From the NCBI GenBank assembly GCA_051362555.1, contig CM120640.1, positions 17,732,001-17,796,000 on the forward strand: a stretch of DNA of 64,000 bases. Reading direction: 5' to 3'. The notes below the pieces were generated by a model that saw nothing but the letters and a program-made list of their open reading frames with translations, was not told the DNA's origin and made no database searches. Position numbers and translations under genes: made by a program. Positions 1 to 12,400 of the stretch are shown piece by piece; position 1 is the first letter of the stretch; every line of letters begins with the position of its first letter. Source of the stretch: Lingula anatina. Its lineage: Eukaryota > Animalia > Brachiopoda.

Positions 1-1735
1 TAATTCAAAGTCTCTATCCCAGCATAGCTGTCAAAACTACAAAAAAAGAATTAAAAAAATGCACAAAGTAGGTAACTGTCAATACTGATGCAAAATACAG
101 TATGCTTAACAGGAAGTCGAACAGCATTGCAGGTATATGTCTGTTAGGAATATGTTACTAGCAGACCCATGTCAGTTCAAATTCACAGTTAAAATATGCA
201 AGCAAGAGAAATATGAACATTCAAATAAAAATGCATAAATTTCAGAAAAAAAAACAATCAAGCTGGGTTCCCAATTTGATCTGTGCTTAAGAATAATTAT
301 TGGATTTTCAAACTAATATGTCACTGTTTTTTCTTTATAATGTTACTATTGGCAGTACACAATTTGTTTTGCCAAATCTGATACAATTTTACGTAATGAT
401 ACAACCTTGAACTGTCTATCATAATAGTATAATGTATAAAAGGTCACTGCCATTTGACTTCATGCCTTTGGGGGTTAAATCCCTCAATAAAAATGCTAAT
501 ATTTAAAAAATATTGAACGCACATAAAAGGCAGTCAAACTGGTGCAAGTCTAGGTACAATTCAGACCAAGAACCCTTTCAGTAGGTTTGAGAGCCACGAG
601 TAGCATGACGTTAATGGCCATTAAGGTGAGAGTGACCAAAATTTATTTTCCCTCACCTTTGATGCTATATTACATAATGCTTAAGAGCATAATCACCACC
701 AATTCTTAATTATGCAATGCAGTTAAAATGGTATTTATAAAAAAATTAATTAGCAAAGGTATTCAGGCCCATGATATTTGAAAATTCCACTATGTACACA
801 AGTGAGAACTATAACTAATGAGTTTACTTCCATTTTCAACAATTAAGTCAATGATAAAAACAGCACAACTTTAATAAAATTGTCCTATCATTTTTAATTA
901 CCAGTTTGCTCCTTCCTATTCAAGTTCAGTAGTAACAATGGGTGTATCTCTGCTAATTTTGGTGTATTTTACATTTTATTTTCACATCTGAATATTGGAT
1001 GTTGAACTATTTGATACAGAACAATGCCCGAGCCCTAACGAAAAAAATAAAAAATACAAAAAAAACCTGCAGTGTTGCGCATGCAAAGCTCTACAAAATG
1101 AAAAAAAACAAGGTCTCTAGCAATGATGGTTCCAGAATTAGAGAGTTTTTAGTTTGGCATCTAATAGCCACTACTCGTCTGAAAATGCCCCAAATGACCC
1201 CAAACTCACGAAGATCAAAGATTACCCTAAGGGTAACACCTGCCCATTGTATTATAGATTAGATCTGTTTAGTTTCTGAAAATAGACAATAATAACTATT
1301 TTTCACAAGAAAGTTAGCAATTTTAGAAAACTGTGACCTGTTTGACCTTGAAATAATGCGCTCTAGGAGGAGAAGCGGTAACGGTGACTTGTAGTTCACG
1401 ACACCCTGCAGAGCCATATGAGATAGGTCGGGACTAAAGCCATGAATACTGCCAGCGTACATGCTGGTGGTACTAAAGAGTGTTTTTTAAATATTCTAGC
1501 TCCATAAAATCCCTTCTCATCGTGGCATTGGCCTAGCATGGAGCCAATATCCCAGGCTGTTGGGCGGTTTTCCCTTTACAAATGACATCCTCCTCTTCAT
1601 GTTCGGTGCAATGTCGGCATTTTGAACAGCCCCTCCCTGCCTCATTCGCCAATGCTTTTTTCTTTCTCGCACTTTCTCGCGAGATTTTGTGTTTTTTTAA
1701 AATTTCATCTTGAAAATGAAACACGATTGATCTCT

Positions 1736-1795
1736 CGGGATTTCGCGCGACCACGCGGGATTACGCGCGATCTCGCGGGATTACACGCGATCTCG
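1736..1795 (+). repeat. Three 20-bp CpG-rich tandem units (CGGGATTACGCGCGATCTCG) followed by poly-T/poly-A runs
   Basis: Directly visible; followed by T/A homopolymer blocks at about 1806-1902. Confidence 0.85.
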
Positions 1796-2576
1796 CAAAT
1801 TTCGCATTTTTTTTTCAAAAAAAATTTTTTTTTCAATTTTTTTTTTTTATTTTTTTTTTCAAAAAAAATTTTTTTTTCAATTTTTTTAAAAAAATTTTTT
1901 TTCCGCTTGGCCCTCCTGGGATTCCATACAGCACAGAGCAAAGCCTAAGACAAACATATCAGCCTCAAATCAAAATAGTTAGCAGTTGCGTGGTATAGCA
2001 TAATAGGTCAGAGCCGGAGTCATCTGGTCGCCGTGTGAATGGCCTTAGCGTTCTGAGCAGGGCCTGCAGGTGAGAGGGTCTGGAAGCTTCAACCGCAGTT
2101 TAATCACTGCAGCTTATCACAATAAACTACCAAAGGTGCATTTACCGGAGTATATTATACCTCTCCAACTCAGCCCTCACCTTAAGGCATCCAGCTTTGG
2201 CTTTAACCATCATATTCACATAGCTACTGGGCCCAGACGTAAATGTTTAATGTAAGACATTTACCCTACAACCTCTATTTATTTATCGTTCTTAATTCGA
2301 CGATGAAATAGATTATTCCATCTCACAAAAAACGATTTTGACATTTCAATGAATACCTTATGTACACATATGAGAAAAAATATGTTATTGCTGTTTCCCG
2401 TACCGAACACGTCTCATTGGCAGCATTATCTTGATTTTTTAAAATATTCTTTCGATATAGGAAAATATATCTCCGGGAAAATTAGGTATTCATTGTCTTT
2501 TACATACTTCATTCGAATGTATATCCCTTAACCTATGCCACAACCATCAGATATTCATTTCTTGATGTGAACTTAA

Positions 2577-2588
2577 GCCACCTGCTGG
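2577..2588 (-). promoter_or_regulatory. Candidate CTCF site (CCAGCAGGTGGC) in a GRIK intron
   Basis: Exact match to the CCASYAGRKGGC core; motif only, no binding data. Confidence 0.4.
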
Positions 2589-3465
2589 CGTGAACCCTCA
2601 GACGCTAACCCCAGTAGTGAAACAAACGCGCAAATGGCGCGCACTTGTTTTTTTTTTTTCACTATTGAATGTTGGCAGTGTCACGCGTAGGTATGAGGTG
2701 AATTTATGCACCTTAAGGCTCATACCGATGGTATCTTTTTATATGATTCCTTGGCAAGATCAGATAAATATACACCTCCACCCCCTGCGTCTTCCATGCC
2801 GGATGTGGTGCCAGGTGTGATATGATGATGGTGGAAAAAAATGAACAAAAAAATTAGTGCGCTACACTGCTCTCTCCATAGGTGGTCTTCAGTCTGTATA
2901 TAAAGCTTATTTCTAATGAAATGAAATGAAATATGAAATAGACACTCTCCATCTTTCATATTTGTCAATGCCCTAAGAGCCAAAAAACAATCTCGGTATT
3001 TAGATTCCCTAAATACACTTAAGTTCTGAACTATATTCTCTGAAATTTAAAGAACACAGTGTTTTGTTTTTCCTCCATTGTCGTAAACACGTTTCGTTTT
3101 CCGTTTGCATCATTGTTTTTATTTCAAAATAGGTCCTGTTTATTAATTATTTATTTATTTGCAAAGTTCATCCAATTTTTCCATTGTGTTAAACGAGACA
3201 AAACACTTTGATACTTAGCGTCTAAACTGAGCAAGAAAGGTGCAGCTATACGTACAGAGTGAGGTACATCCATTCAAACTGGATTCAAAATAGACGCGCA
3301 ACCTATTCATGCTTTTGTTGACATTACCATAGTTAAGCTCGTTTTTTAACAATACTGTTAATGGCATAGTTGAAAGTACTTTCTAATGACTAGTAAGATC
3401 TATAAAATGGTGTATTAAATCTAATTATAAAACGTCATCGGATATATATAATCACTTTATTCTAG

Positions 3466-6400
3466 TATGTCGCCTACTAAAAGACGGAAATGGAGTGGGT
3501 GCCATATTTGGTCCTATGGCCACCATCTCGGCCTCTCACGTACAGTCAATCTGTGATACTTTAGAAGTCCCCCACATAGAGACGCGTTGGGATTACAAAG
3601 AATTCAAGGATTATTACTCTGTGAATCTTCACCCCCATTATACCTCCATTGGGAAGTCACTGCTGGATTTGGTGACGCACTGGAAGTGGGGTGCCGTCAC
3701 CATTCTGTATGAGGACAACAATGGTGAGAGACGTTATGTACTTAATGCCAGAGAGAGAGAGAGAGAGAGAGAGAGAGCAGGATAAACAAAAAAATATTAA
3801 TGCTGTTCAGCGTTACTTGAATTGTGCAATAGTTGTGTTTGGTATGTATTGGTGCGTATGTTTGCAGTTGAACTATACACTTTGAAATACCATAAATAAA
3901 AAAAGAAAGAAAATAAACCAATAAAAGAAATGCATATGTTCACTTAATCAGCCCTCAAAATATACCAAAGATACAATTCATCAGAATTCTTCTTCCTTTT
4001 TATCAGGATTATTGAAATTGCAAGATTTGCTCCGAGTTCCTGGAAAGAAGAAATCTTTGCAGACGACCATTCGCAAACTCGAGGCATTTGAAGATGGCGA
4101 CTATAGACCTCTGCTCAAGGATCTTAAAAGTCAAAACCAGTTCCGATTTATAGTAGATTGTGACTATAAGAAGATACCCACTTTGTTGGCACAGGTAATT
4201 TTCCTCATTGCTCAGTTACTGTTTACAATAATAATATTAATCTGTTATAGTCGTAACTTTCATTCCTCTAGTATAAAATTACATATAAAGTAGGTGCAAT
4301 TAGAATAATTGAATATCTTAACCATGACTGATTATTATATTTCAGGCGATGTCTCTAAGCATGCTGTCACAGTATTATCATTTCCATTTTACAAGTTTGG
4401 TGAGTATCCCGGATATTTTTTTTTAATTGTGGCTAGATATGTAGCGCCATATAAATAATCGTCTTCAGGGCGCGTCGCACTGCAACATTTAGAATGAATG
4501 AATAAGGTGAAGATTAGCCCAAAGTCCCTTCAGCTTTTTACATACCTTGCTCCTTGCCTCATCAGAATTGCTCTCGACAGTTAAAAATATCACTTATGTA
4601 GCCATTGTTTGTCTTTTAATCTTTATAGCAGGCCCTTCTCCAAATATAGAAACAGATTATGTCCTTTGAAAGTGATGACTTACGGAGATAATAAAAAGAG
4701 ACATGACTTGACGTTTCTGACATGATTATATTGCAAGACATGCATTTGCCATTCACATGTTTTAAAATAAATGGAGTACAGATGAAATTGCAAAATAGAT
4801 TTGTGTCGTAAAACCGAAATGTTTTCATATTCTTGGATAGGCTGCATCAGTTGAGTGAAGACGTACAGCCCATGACTTAACGTCCAATTAATTCGTCCAT
4901 TCCCATTGTTTCTTTTCAAAGGCTACTTTATGCATATTTTTATGATCTATTTATCAGATGCATCTGTAGGGCTACAATCAACCAAACTTTTATTCAAAAA
5001 GAACCCCAAATTTATGAACCAGTCTTTTTCAAAATACAAATAAACATGCATTAATCGTCATTTGCCATCGTCATAAGCTAAGTAGATAGTGTATATTTTC
5101 AAAGCCCCGCTGGTAATGTATTGTTGATGCTATGCACCCTCTGCGCGCATGTCCTGTATTGCTTGTTGCACGTGGGCTGGCGCCTCGAGGTCCCCCTCCG
5201 GCAACAAGCCCACCATCAGTTTGACGTCCATGCCAAATACCTCTTCCATTATATTAAACACAACGTCATCTAGCTCTAACATTTGTTGCAAAAAGTTGTC
5301 CATCAACTCTGGGTCTTCTGTGACTATTGTTGTGAGCCCTGCTAATTCAGCGTCCTCAAGATCCGACTTCTTCACTGATGAGTCGCCATTGCTCTGGGGA
5401 CTGGAAGCTGGAGAGGTCCCGTTTTCCGTACCGTTGTCCCGCCTTAGGCTCGCCGATTCGAGAGACTGCGAATCCCCATCACCATCAGCCCCTAGCAGAC
5501 GCTCAACAATAAACTGTTTCAGTCTTTTTCGGATGAATTCGATCAATCGTCCTTCAAGTTTCTGGTTGGTAGTTTCCTGATTGTTGTGAACGGTACCATT
5601 TTCAGATCTTCCAAACTGGTTCCCATGATGGTTTCCAAAATGGTTGTGTATCCCATTAACTTGACCAGTATTAGTGCTGTTGTCGCCATCATTGTTGCTT
5701 GAGTATTGGTGACTGTCTCCACTTTGAGCGTGGAGAGAGTCGTAAATATGTCCTTTTTTCAAAAGCAAGATTCTAAGCAATGACTTAATGAGTTCTTTAT
5801 GGCCTGGGTTGGGATGGTGGTGGTGGTGATGGTGATACTTGTGATCATATTTCTGAGTGGTCGTCTCTGCTATTTCAGTGGTGGTGTCTGTTGAGGCAGA
5901 CGTGCTGACCGTAGAAAGAATTGTGCGAGCGGTAGGCAATGTATCTGTGAGGGTCCTCACTACTGTCGTTGCCGTGACAGTACTTGTTGTTCTTTCGAAA
6001 GGTTTCCTCTCATATTGCTCGCACAGGTGCCCACAGGGATCGCCGTAAGCGTCAGGAAGCATAAAAATTTCGTCATAAAGATCTGGTGGAATGATCAGAC
6101 GATCTATGGTATGAATTACGCCATTGGTTGTACAAATATCTGTCGTCTGCAGGGTCGCACCATTAACTTGGATGCTGCCGTTATCTTTAGAGAAAAAGAA
6201 GATATTGATTTATTTAAACATTTTAATAATATGTGGCTCATTATTTATTATCATGAGTTCACCGGCAATAAAGACATGAGGGCATATTTTTCTCCACATG
6301 GTTGATTGAGGACTTTATAAGACGGAATAACATTTATAATATTTAATTCATCATTATCATTAGTTCATTGGAAATATAGGCACACTTTACTCCATCACAA

Positions 6401-9400
6401 TGTAGATAGTGGACTAAGTATTTAAAATTGGCCAAACATAACATATATTTCGTTATTGCCATTGGCTGACAGAATCAATTGGACGCGTAACCAATTTGTT
6501 TGTTGTTCTGTTTGATCAAGAACAGAAACTTATGAAACAAGTTTTCAACTTACAAGCCTTCGTGATCCAAAGCTTGAGTCCGCACTTCGTCTTCACTGCC
6601 ATGTCGTAATGCAGGGACTTCTCATAAAAAGTCCCAATTATTTTATGACATTTGGCCAACTCTGTAGATAAAAAACATGAGATAGTTTAATGATTATAAA
6701 TATATCACTTCTGGTAACAAATTGACAAGTCACCCTGTTTTGAAATATTCTATTTTATGCAGGAGAAATAAAACCAAATGGTGAAGAAAAAGTGATAACA
6801 TGGCATTTTCCTTACAATCACTAAAGAGTTTTAAGTTAAATCATTGCGAATATGCTAGCAAGTTCATTTGCCTAAATAATTATTTTGCTTACTGAAGAAA
6901 AGGTAAAAATATATACGACTTATCTGAAATATAAAGGGCTCAGGTAAATATGCCCTAATTGATGTAAATATAAATAATTGGTAACTGTGAAAGATTTGTG
7001 TGCAACGCAAATTCAAATTTTTCTACATACCCCTTTTTGGTTAAAAATAGATCCATGCAGTGATATATAAAAAGGGTAAATCTAAAATAGGAAGAAAAAA
7101 CATAATATGAAATATTTACCTTTTAAGACATCTGAGTTTTCGCTGGCCATTAGAAAATTTTGAACTTCTGTTGGGAGATTGTTGAAAGCGTCATCTGTGG
7201 GGATTAAGAAAGTGCAACCCTTCCCATACCCGCTGTAGTATCCGTGGTCGTTGTAGTCGTCTGCGTGGTCTATGAAAAAAAAACCAATTATTTGTTGTCT
7301 TTCTCTGTTTGTTTGCATGGTAATTAATCAATTACTTCCTCCAAAGAGGTTATGATTTTGCCTTTGTTGGTTTTTGACACCATGCAGTGACAGTACTGCT
7401 TTGACGCATTTCGTATATTAATCATGTGGGAACGAGAAACATTCGAGAACTGTGGAATATTGTCAAATAGTGTCCATTTTTAGAGTTAAACAACACAACT
7501 ACAAAAATTCCCCTTACCTGTGTGGTCAAAGAGATCCACTCCATTAAATAGATCAAAGAAAATCTGGAAATTGTTATCGCTGGCAATACTTTGGGCTTCT
7601 GTCGTGTTGGAAAGGTCCAAGAATGGGAAACATAAGTAACAGTCGACCAAATGAACGACGCCATTTTTGGCCCACAGGTCTCTTTTCAATATCTTTGAAC
7701 CGGAGGCAATAGTAGCCTAAGAACAACAACGAAAAAAAAAAGAAAAGAAAAGAAATATTCATTTGATACGAAGAAAATGAGTTATTATCTGACATTTCAA
7801 TGATATAGTGCGTTCATTGCATCGATTGAAATATCAAGTACTTCACATATTTAAATACCCATAGAGATATCTTTAAGAGTACTAAAGTTTGACCATCTAT
7901 CCTGTAAAGCATTTCAGTACGTACATAACCATCGTTCGTTACGCGAATCCTGTCGTTATTCAGAGTCAGGAAAGAAGCTTCGTTCTTGAATTCCTTGCTC
8001 ATCACAAACCCGCTCACTATGTGGTTCCGCAGAAAGTCGATGGCGGTCTGGTTGCATTCTTCCAGGGCGGCCTGCAGGTCGTCTGACAGCTTGTCGAACG
8101 CATAGTCGGTTGGGGCAAACACGGTAAATGGACCTAATGGTTTTAATAAATTCGGGATTTTAAGTAGTTTGGCGTGTTTTTATTCATCATTGTATTTTAA
8201 AAAGTACAAAAACTTTAAACAACACGCCCGCGACATCTTCCATCTTCGTAAGCGAGTGGGAATTCTGATGAATCATATGGAATAAGAACAGAAATCCATG
8301 GCACTGTACGGAAGTACATACATTTATAGCTTATAGAAAACAAAACATTACCCGCTCCATACGTGCAGACCTCTTCCAATGTCGAATCATTGCTTGAACA
8401 TCTGAGAAGAATGGTGGCAAACTTTGAAGCTTTGATAAAAAGCAACTGCTTTATATTCGGTTTGAATTCCTTCCGGTAGTTTCTAGAGGATTTGTATCCT
8501 CTTCTCTTCGAACCGTAACCTCCACCTCCGTGTCGAAATTCGAATCCATCGTGCCCACCATTATACCCGCTGTCATCATCATATCCGCCATGAGACGAAC
8601 TATAGAAACTGTGGGAATCATGATGGCGAATATATCCACTCCTGCCATTCTGCCCATGGTGTCCTCCGCCATACCCATGAGCATTATGATCTACGTCGTA
8701 TCCATGGGAACTACCACCGTGTCCATGCGAGTCGTGACCACCGTTGTAACCACGGTAACCATATTCATCACCATGACTAGGATGATCACTGTAATGGCTG
8801 TCGTCGTACCCGCCATCATCCTCGTACCCATCATACCCACCAAAATCACCGTGTCCATAATTACCATGGTCATGACTGTGAACCCCAGCGTTTGCTTGGT
8901 GCAAGAAGTCTACTGCTTCAAGTGCAGCAATGATTCCAAGGAATAAGATATATCTAAAAACCATGGTGACAAGGGGCTCACGTACGTCCCCTCCTCGCCT
9001 ATATTTGTGTGAAAGCGCTATGTGAGTTTAGGTCATAACAAAGAACAGTGATGTTGAGATCGTGGCGTTTACACCAAGCTTTTTCACCTTCCATTGTCTG
9101 ATTTTACAGTAAAGTTTCGTATTCGTGTGTCGTTAACTCTTGGTGAGTCATTCTGCTCACTGTTTGTTTTCTGTTTTTGTCATAAAGGATGCACGTTATC
9201 TTCTACATATATGGGCATTCAATGTTTAAAGCTGTTTAATCGGAACTAACTATGCAGACATTGCAATGCTCACTATTTAATGACAGCCCTCAAGCATGCC
9301 GCTTGCGGGGTAAGTAGAACAAGGCGAGGTGTTTTCAACTGTTTCGGATATTTGGTGTCACAGATATTATTTCCTATTCAGGTAGTCTGTACTTGGATCC

Positions 9401-12400
9401 CTTCACAGACTGGCTAGTTTCCCCACATTGCTTCTTACCTCAAGTATTTATTATATGCTTCCTGCTTATCAACAAGATCTATCCTGTCTTTTTTTTTTAC
9501 ATAAGCATATTTTGAAGGCGAATATACAATCAATGCATCCAAAATATGCAATAAGCTCAAGTCGGTCGAATCTTTAAAAAATAGCATATGGGAATATTCA
9601 TGCCCATAAAAGATATTAGGCATTATATTATGAAATTGATCCAAGACCGCGGGGGAATTAGTTGTGGTATTATTTCCCTCCAAATCAAAATTCTTAATCA
9701 GTAAGCATGGTTTGGCAAAATAAAAAAAAAACTTTAAATTAATTTTTACACTCTGTATTTTTGCACGTAGGACTTGGACCTTCTGGACCTAGGAGACTAC
9801 AGGTATGGAGGTGCCAATCTGACGGGCTTTCGGCTGATAGACTGGGACGATCCCGAGGTGAAGATAGCCATGCTTGATCTGGCCAGTCCCAAAGCTCTCC
9901 CGGTAAGCACGCCTAACCTTTTCTCACTTTGTTACATAAAAAATAGCCTGCGGTTCAGTACACATTACCGCCTCGCTGTCTAGCCTTGTTGCCTGCAATA
10001 TATATATTAATGTATATTTGAATGCCACTAGGTAGGTTTTAAATAATTTGCAGGAAACTGGGAGGAAATTGGCACAAATAAAGAATGACTATCGTAAAAT
10101 AAGGCATAAAGTGCCTCCTTATTTTTCTCCATTTTTATGTTAAGTAATGTCCATATTTTCTAGATAAAGCACCACGAAGGATGCTAGTTCACCTAAAGAT
10201 TGTTAGTAAAGGATACGATATTGAAATGGCAACAGCAAGAACTTGTATAATACTAAACATTATAATTAAATTAACCAAGTTGGTGACATCCCAAAATGGC
10301 GCTTTAATTCTCAGGGAACACCTTTCGTCGGCGCTGTCCAAACAAAGACCAAGGTAACCGTAGGGCGCCAGAGAGCACCCTGTATACTGGCTTTACAATT
10401 AACCATTGTAGTTGGGATGTTAAATCTTTCTCTCTTTTTCTCTCAACTAAATAAGAGCATAAAGTGCATCATCTATAATTTATGTATCGACTTTGTGTCT
10501 CGTCTCGTGTTTTGGAAGTGGCATCTGTTTTTCATTTCGTGGCAGCTTGATATTTTAGGTCGTCCGAGAATTCATTTTCTTTCAAACGTTTATTTCCAAA
10601 TGAATAATGGATAGTTGTAGATCTGAAATCAAATTGATCCTCAGTAAAAAAAAAAATCAAAGTGTCGCTCTTTTCTTGTGTACGCTTATTCTTGGTCAAA
10701 CAACCCCTACACCAAAACTTTATTTGAAGCCAGCTTTTTTAAATCAAAGTCTGCTTTCCCTTCAAGCCAGACCTAGCATCGATTCAATCCATGTTTTCAG
10801 TTTTATCAACTATATGAATTCTGTCATCGATCCGAATCACCCCTTTGAAAGCGTTGTCTGGTCCCAAAAGCGTGACATTGACCCCGCTTCACGCGAGCAA
10901 GCACCACCCAAATTCAGCGAGCCGCCACATGTTTGACTTCATTTTGCTATCCCTTCTTCACTGACCACCTTCACTTCACGATTTTCGTACTCTTTTCTTA
11001 ACCAGGACGATAATGCAGAGATAAAGAGCAATGTTACGGTAGGTATGGCCTTCGGCAACATCGTTCACTATATGTAGTTCTCTATATGCTGTGACTGCCT
11101 GGGAATGCATTTCAAAGCTTGCAAACCGTACCATTCATCTACAGTGACACCTGCCTTTTTGGGGACTCTAGTATAGACACCTGTACAGAAACATAGTTGC
11201 GTTTGAACTTGGAACCTAGGTACACATAGAAACCAATATACGGTAATCATATTGGTTTCTATGAAAAAGGAAACAGTTTGGTGGTTTGACTACATGAACG
11301 GACGTTAGGTGCAGTGATTTTTTAATCTGCTTATTGCACGCCTTGGGCTTGGTTTTGACAGTCTCCCTGCATGTGTCGCCAGTGGCAGCATGTGGACGAC
11401 ATTTTCTCTCCATATTTCACTTGCTTTTGCCTCCCATATTTATTTCCTGATATTCTTATATGCTAGTGAATTTTGGAATAATAATAATTAAAGAAACATT
11501 AACTTGTTTCTTTTTAGAAAAATCATGTTCGGGATATATCTTTTGCAATCTTTACCGACTTGTTTTTATATATTAACATCTCACTTAGGAATAAGGCTTT
11601 TTTCCTTGTGATCATAATCCCTTTATAATCCCTTTACCCCTTTACCTCTGTGCGATAGAGCGAAATTAAAGGTAATTTAAGTAAGTCTAAGAACCCCATG
11701 TTCGCGTAGAACTATGAACACATCGTAGTAGATCTGCGAGCACTTTAAGGTGACATCCTGACAGCAAGTCTTGCAATAGACAATATTTCAGTATTACGCA
11801 TGACCATGTTTGACCTCTATGACGACCGCAAAAAAGAGGCGGTTCGTTTAAATGCATGCTCTGTCCCGAATTCAGGAATGCTGGGAAATTTACGTAGCGT
11901 AGCGAGTGAAAGGCAACCAAAAAAGTAGATAGCTCCTCAGAAATTCCGACCAGAATGCTGGTAGTGTGTGAATAGAAAGGATAAAAGAAATATAGATATC
12001 TATATATAGGGTTGACCCAAAAAGATAAATATGCCCGTTTCCATCACTGATGACTATTACAAATAACAGTGATGCTAGGCATTCGCCGTGTATCTCAAAA
12101 CTTACACTTACTTCGTTCTTGTTGCTGTTTTCATTCATTGTCTTATATTACAGTTTATAACGGTGGAGGAGAGCTTTAATTTTTGAGGGAGAAGCTTAAT
12201 TTCTTTGCAGTTTTTTTCTTTAATATATTGCTTGAATTATTTTTTCTCTTATTTTCCCCAATACTAGTTGTCTAGATTGAATATTTATTAAACGTGTATT
12301 TGAACGTATTTTTCTTATGTACAGGTACGTATCATACAGGTTTATATATTTAACAAGAGTTTTGCTTTAAAAGTTGCCTTATAACCTTTTCTGCCAAAAT

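Noticed and set aside
1622-1948. Phe-rich and Lys-rich ORFs on both strands
   Set aside because: Artefacts of poly-T/poly-A runs.
5149-8946. Long + strand and alternative-frame ORFs (5149-5580, 8530-8946, 8451-8684, 8691-8873)
   Set aside because: They are shadows of the low-complexity exons of the nested FAS1 gene and show no independent motifs.
10165-10340. REST/RE1 half-sites (AGCACCACG at ~10178; GGCGCTGTCC at 10330-10339) in a neural gene intron
   Set aside because: The halves are ~150 bp apart and in incompatible orientation; there is no full RE1.
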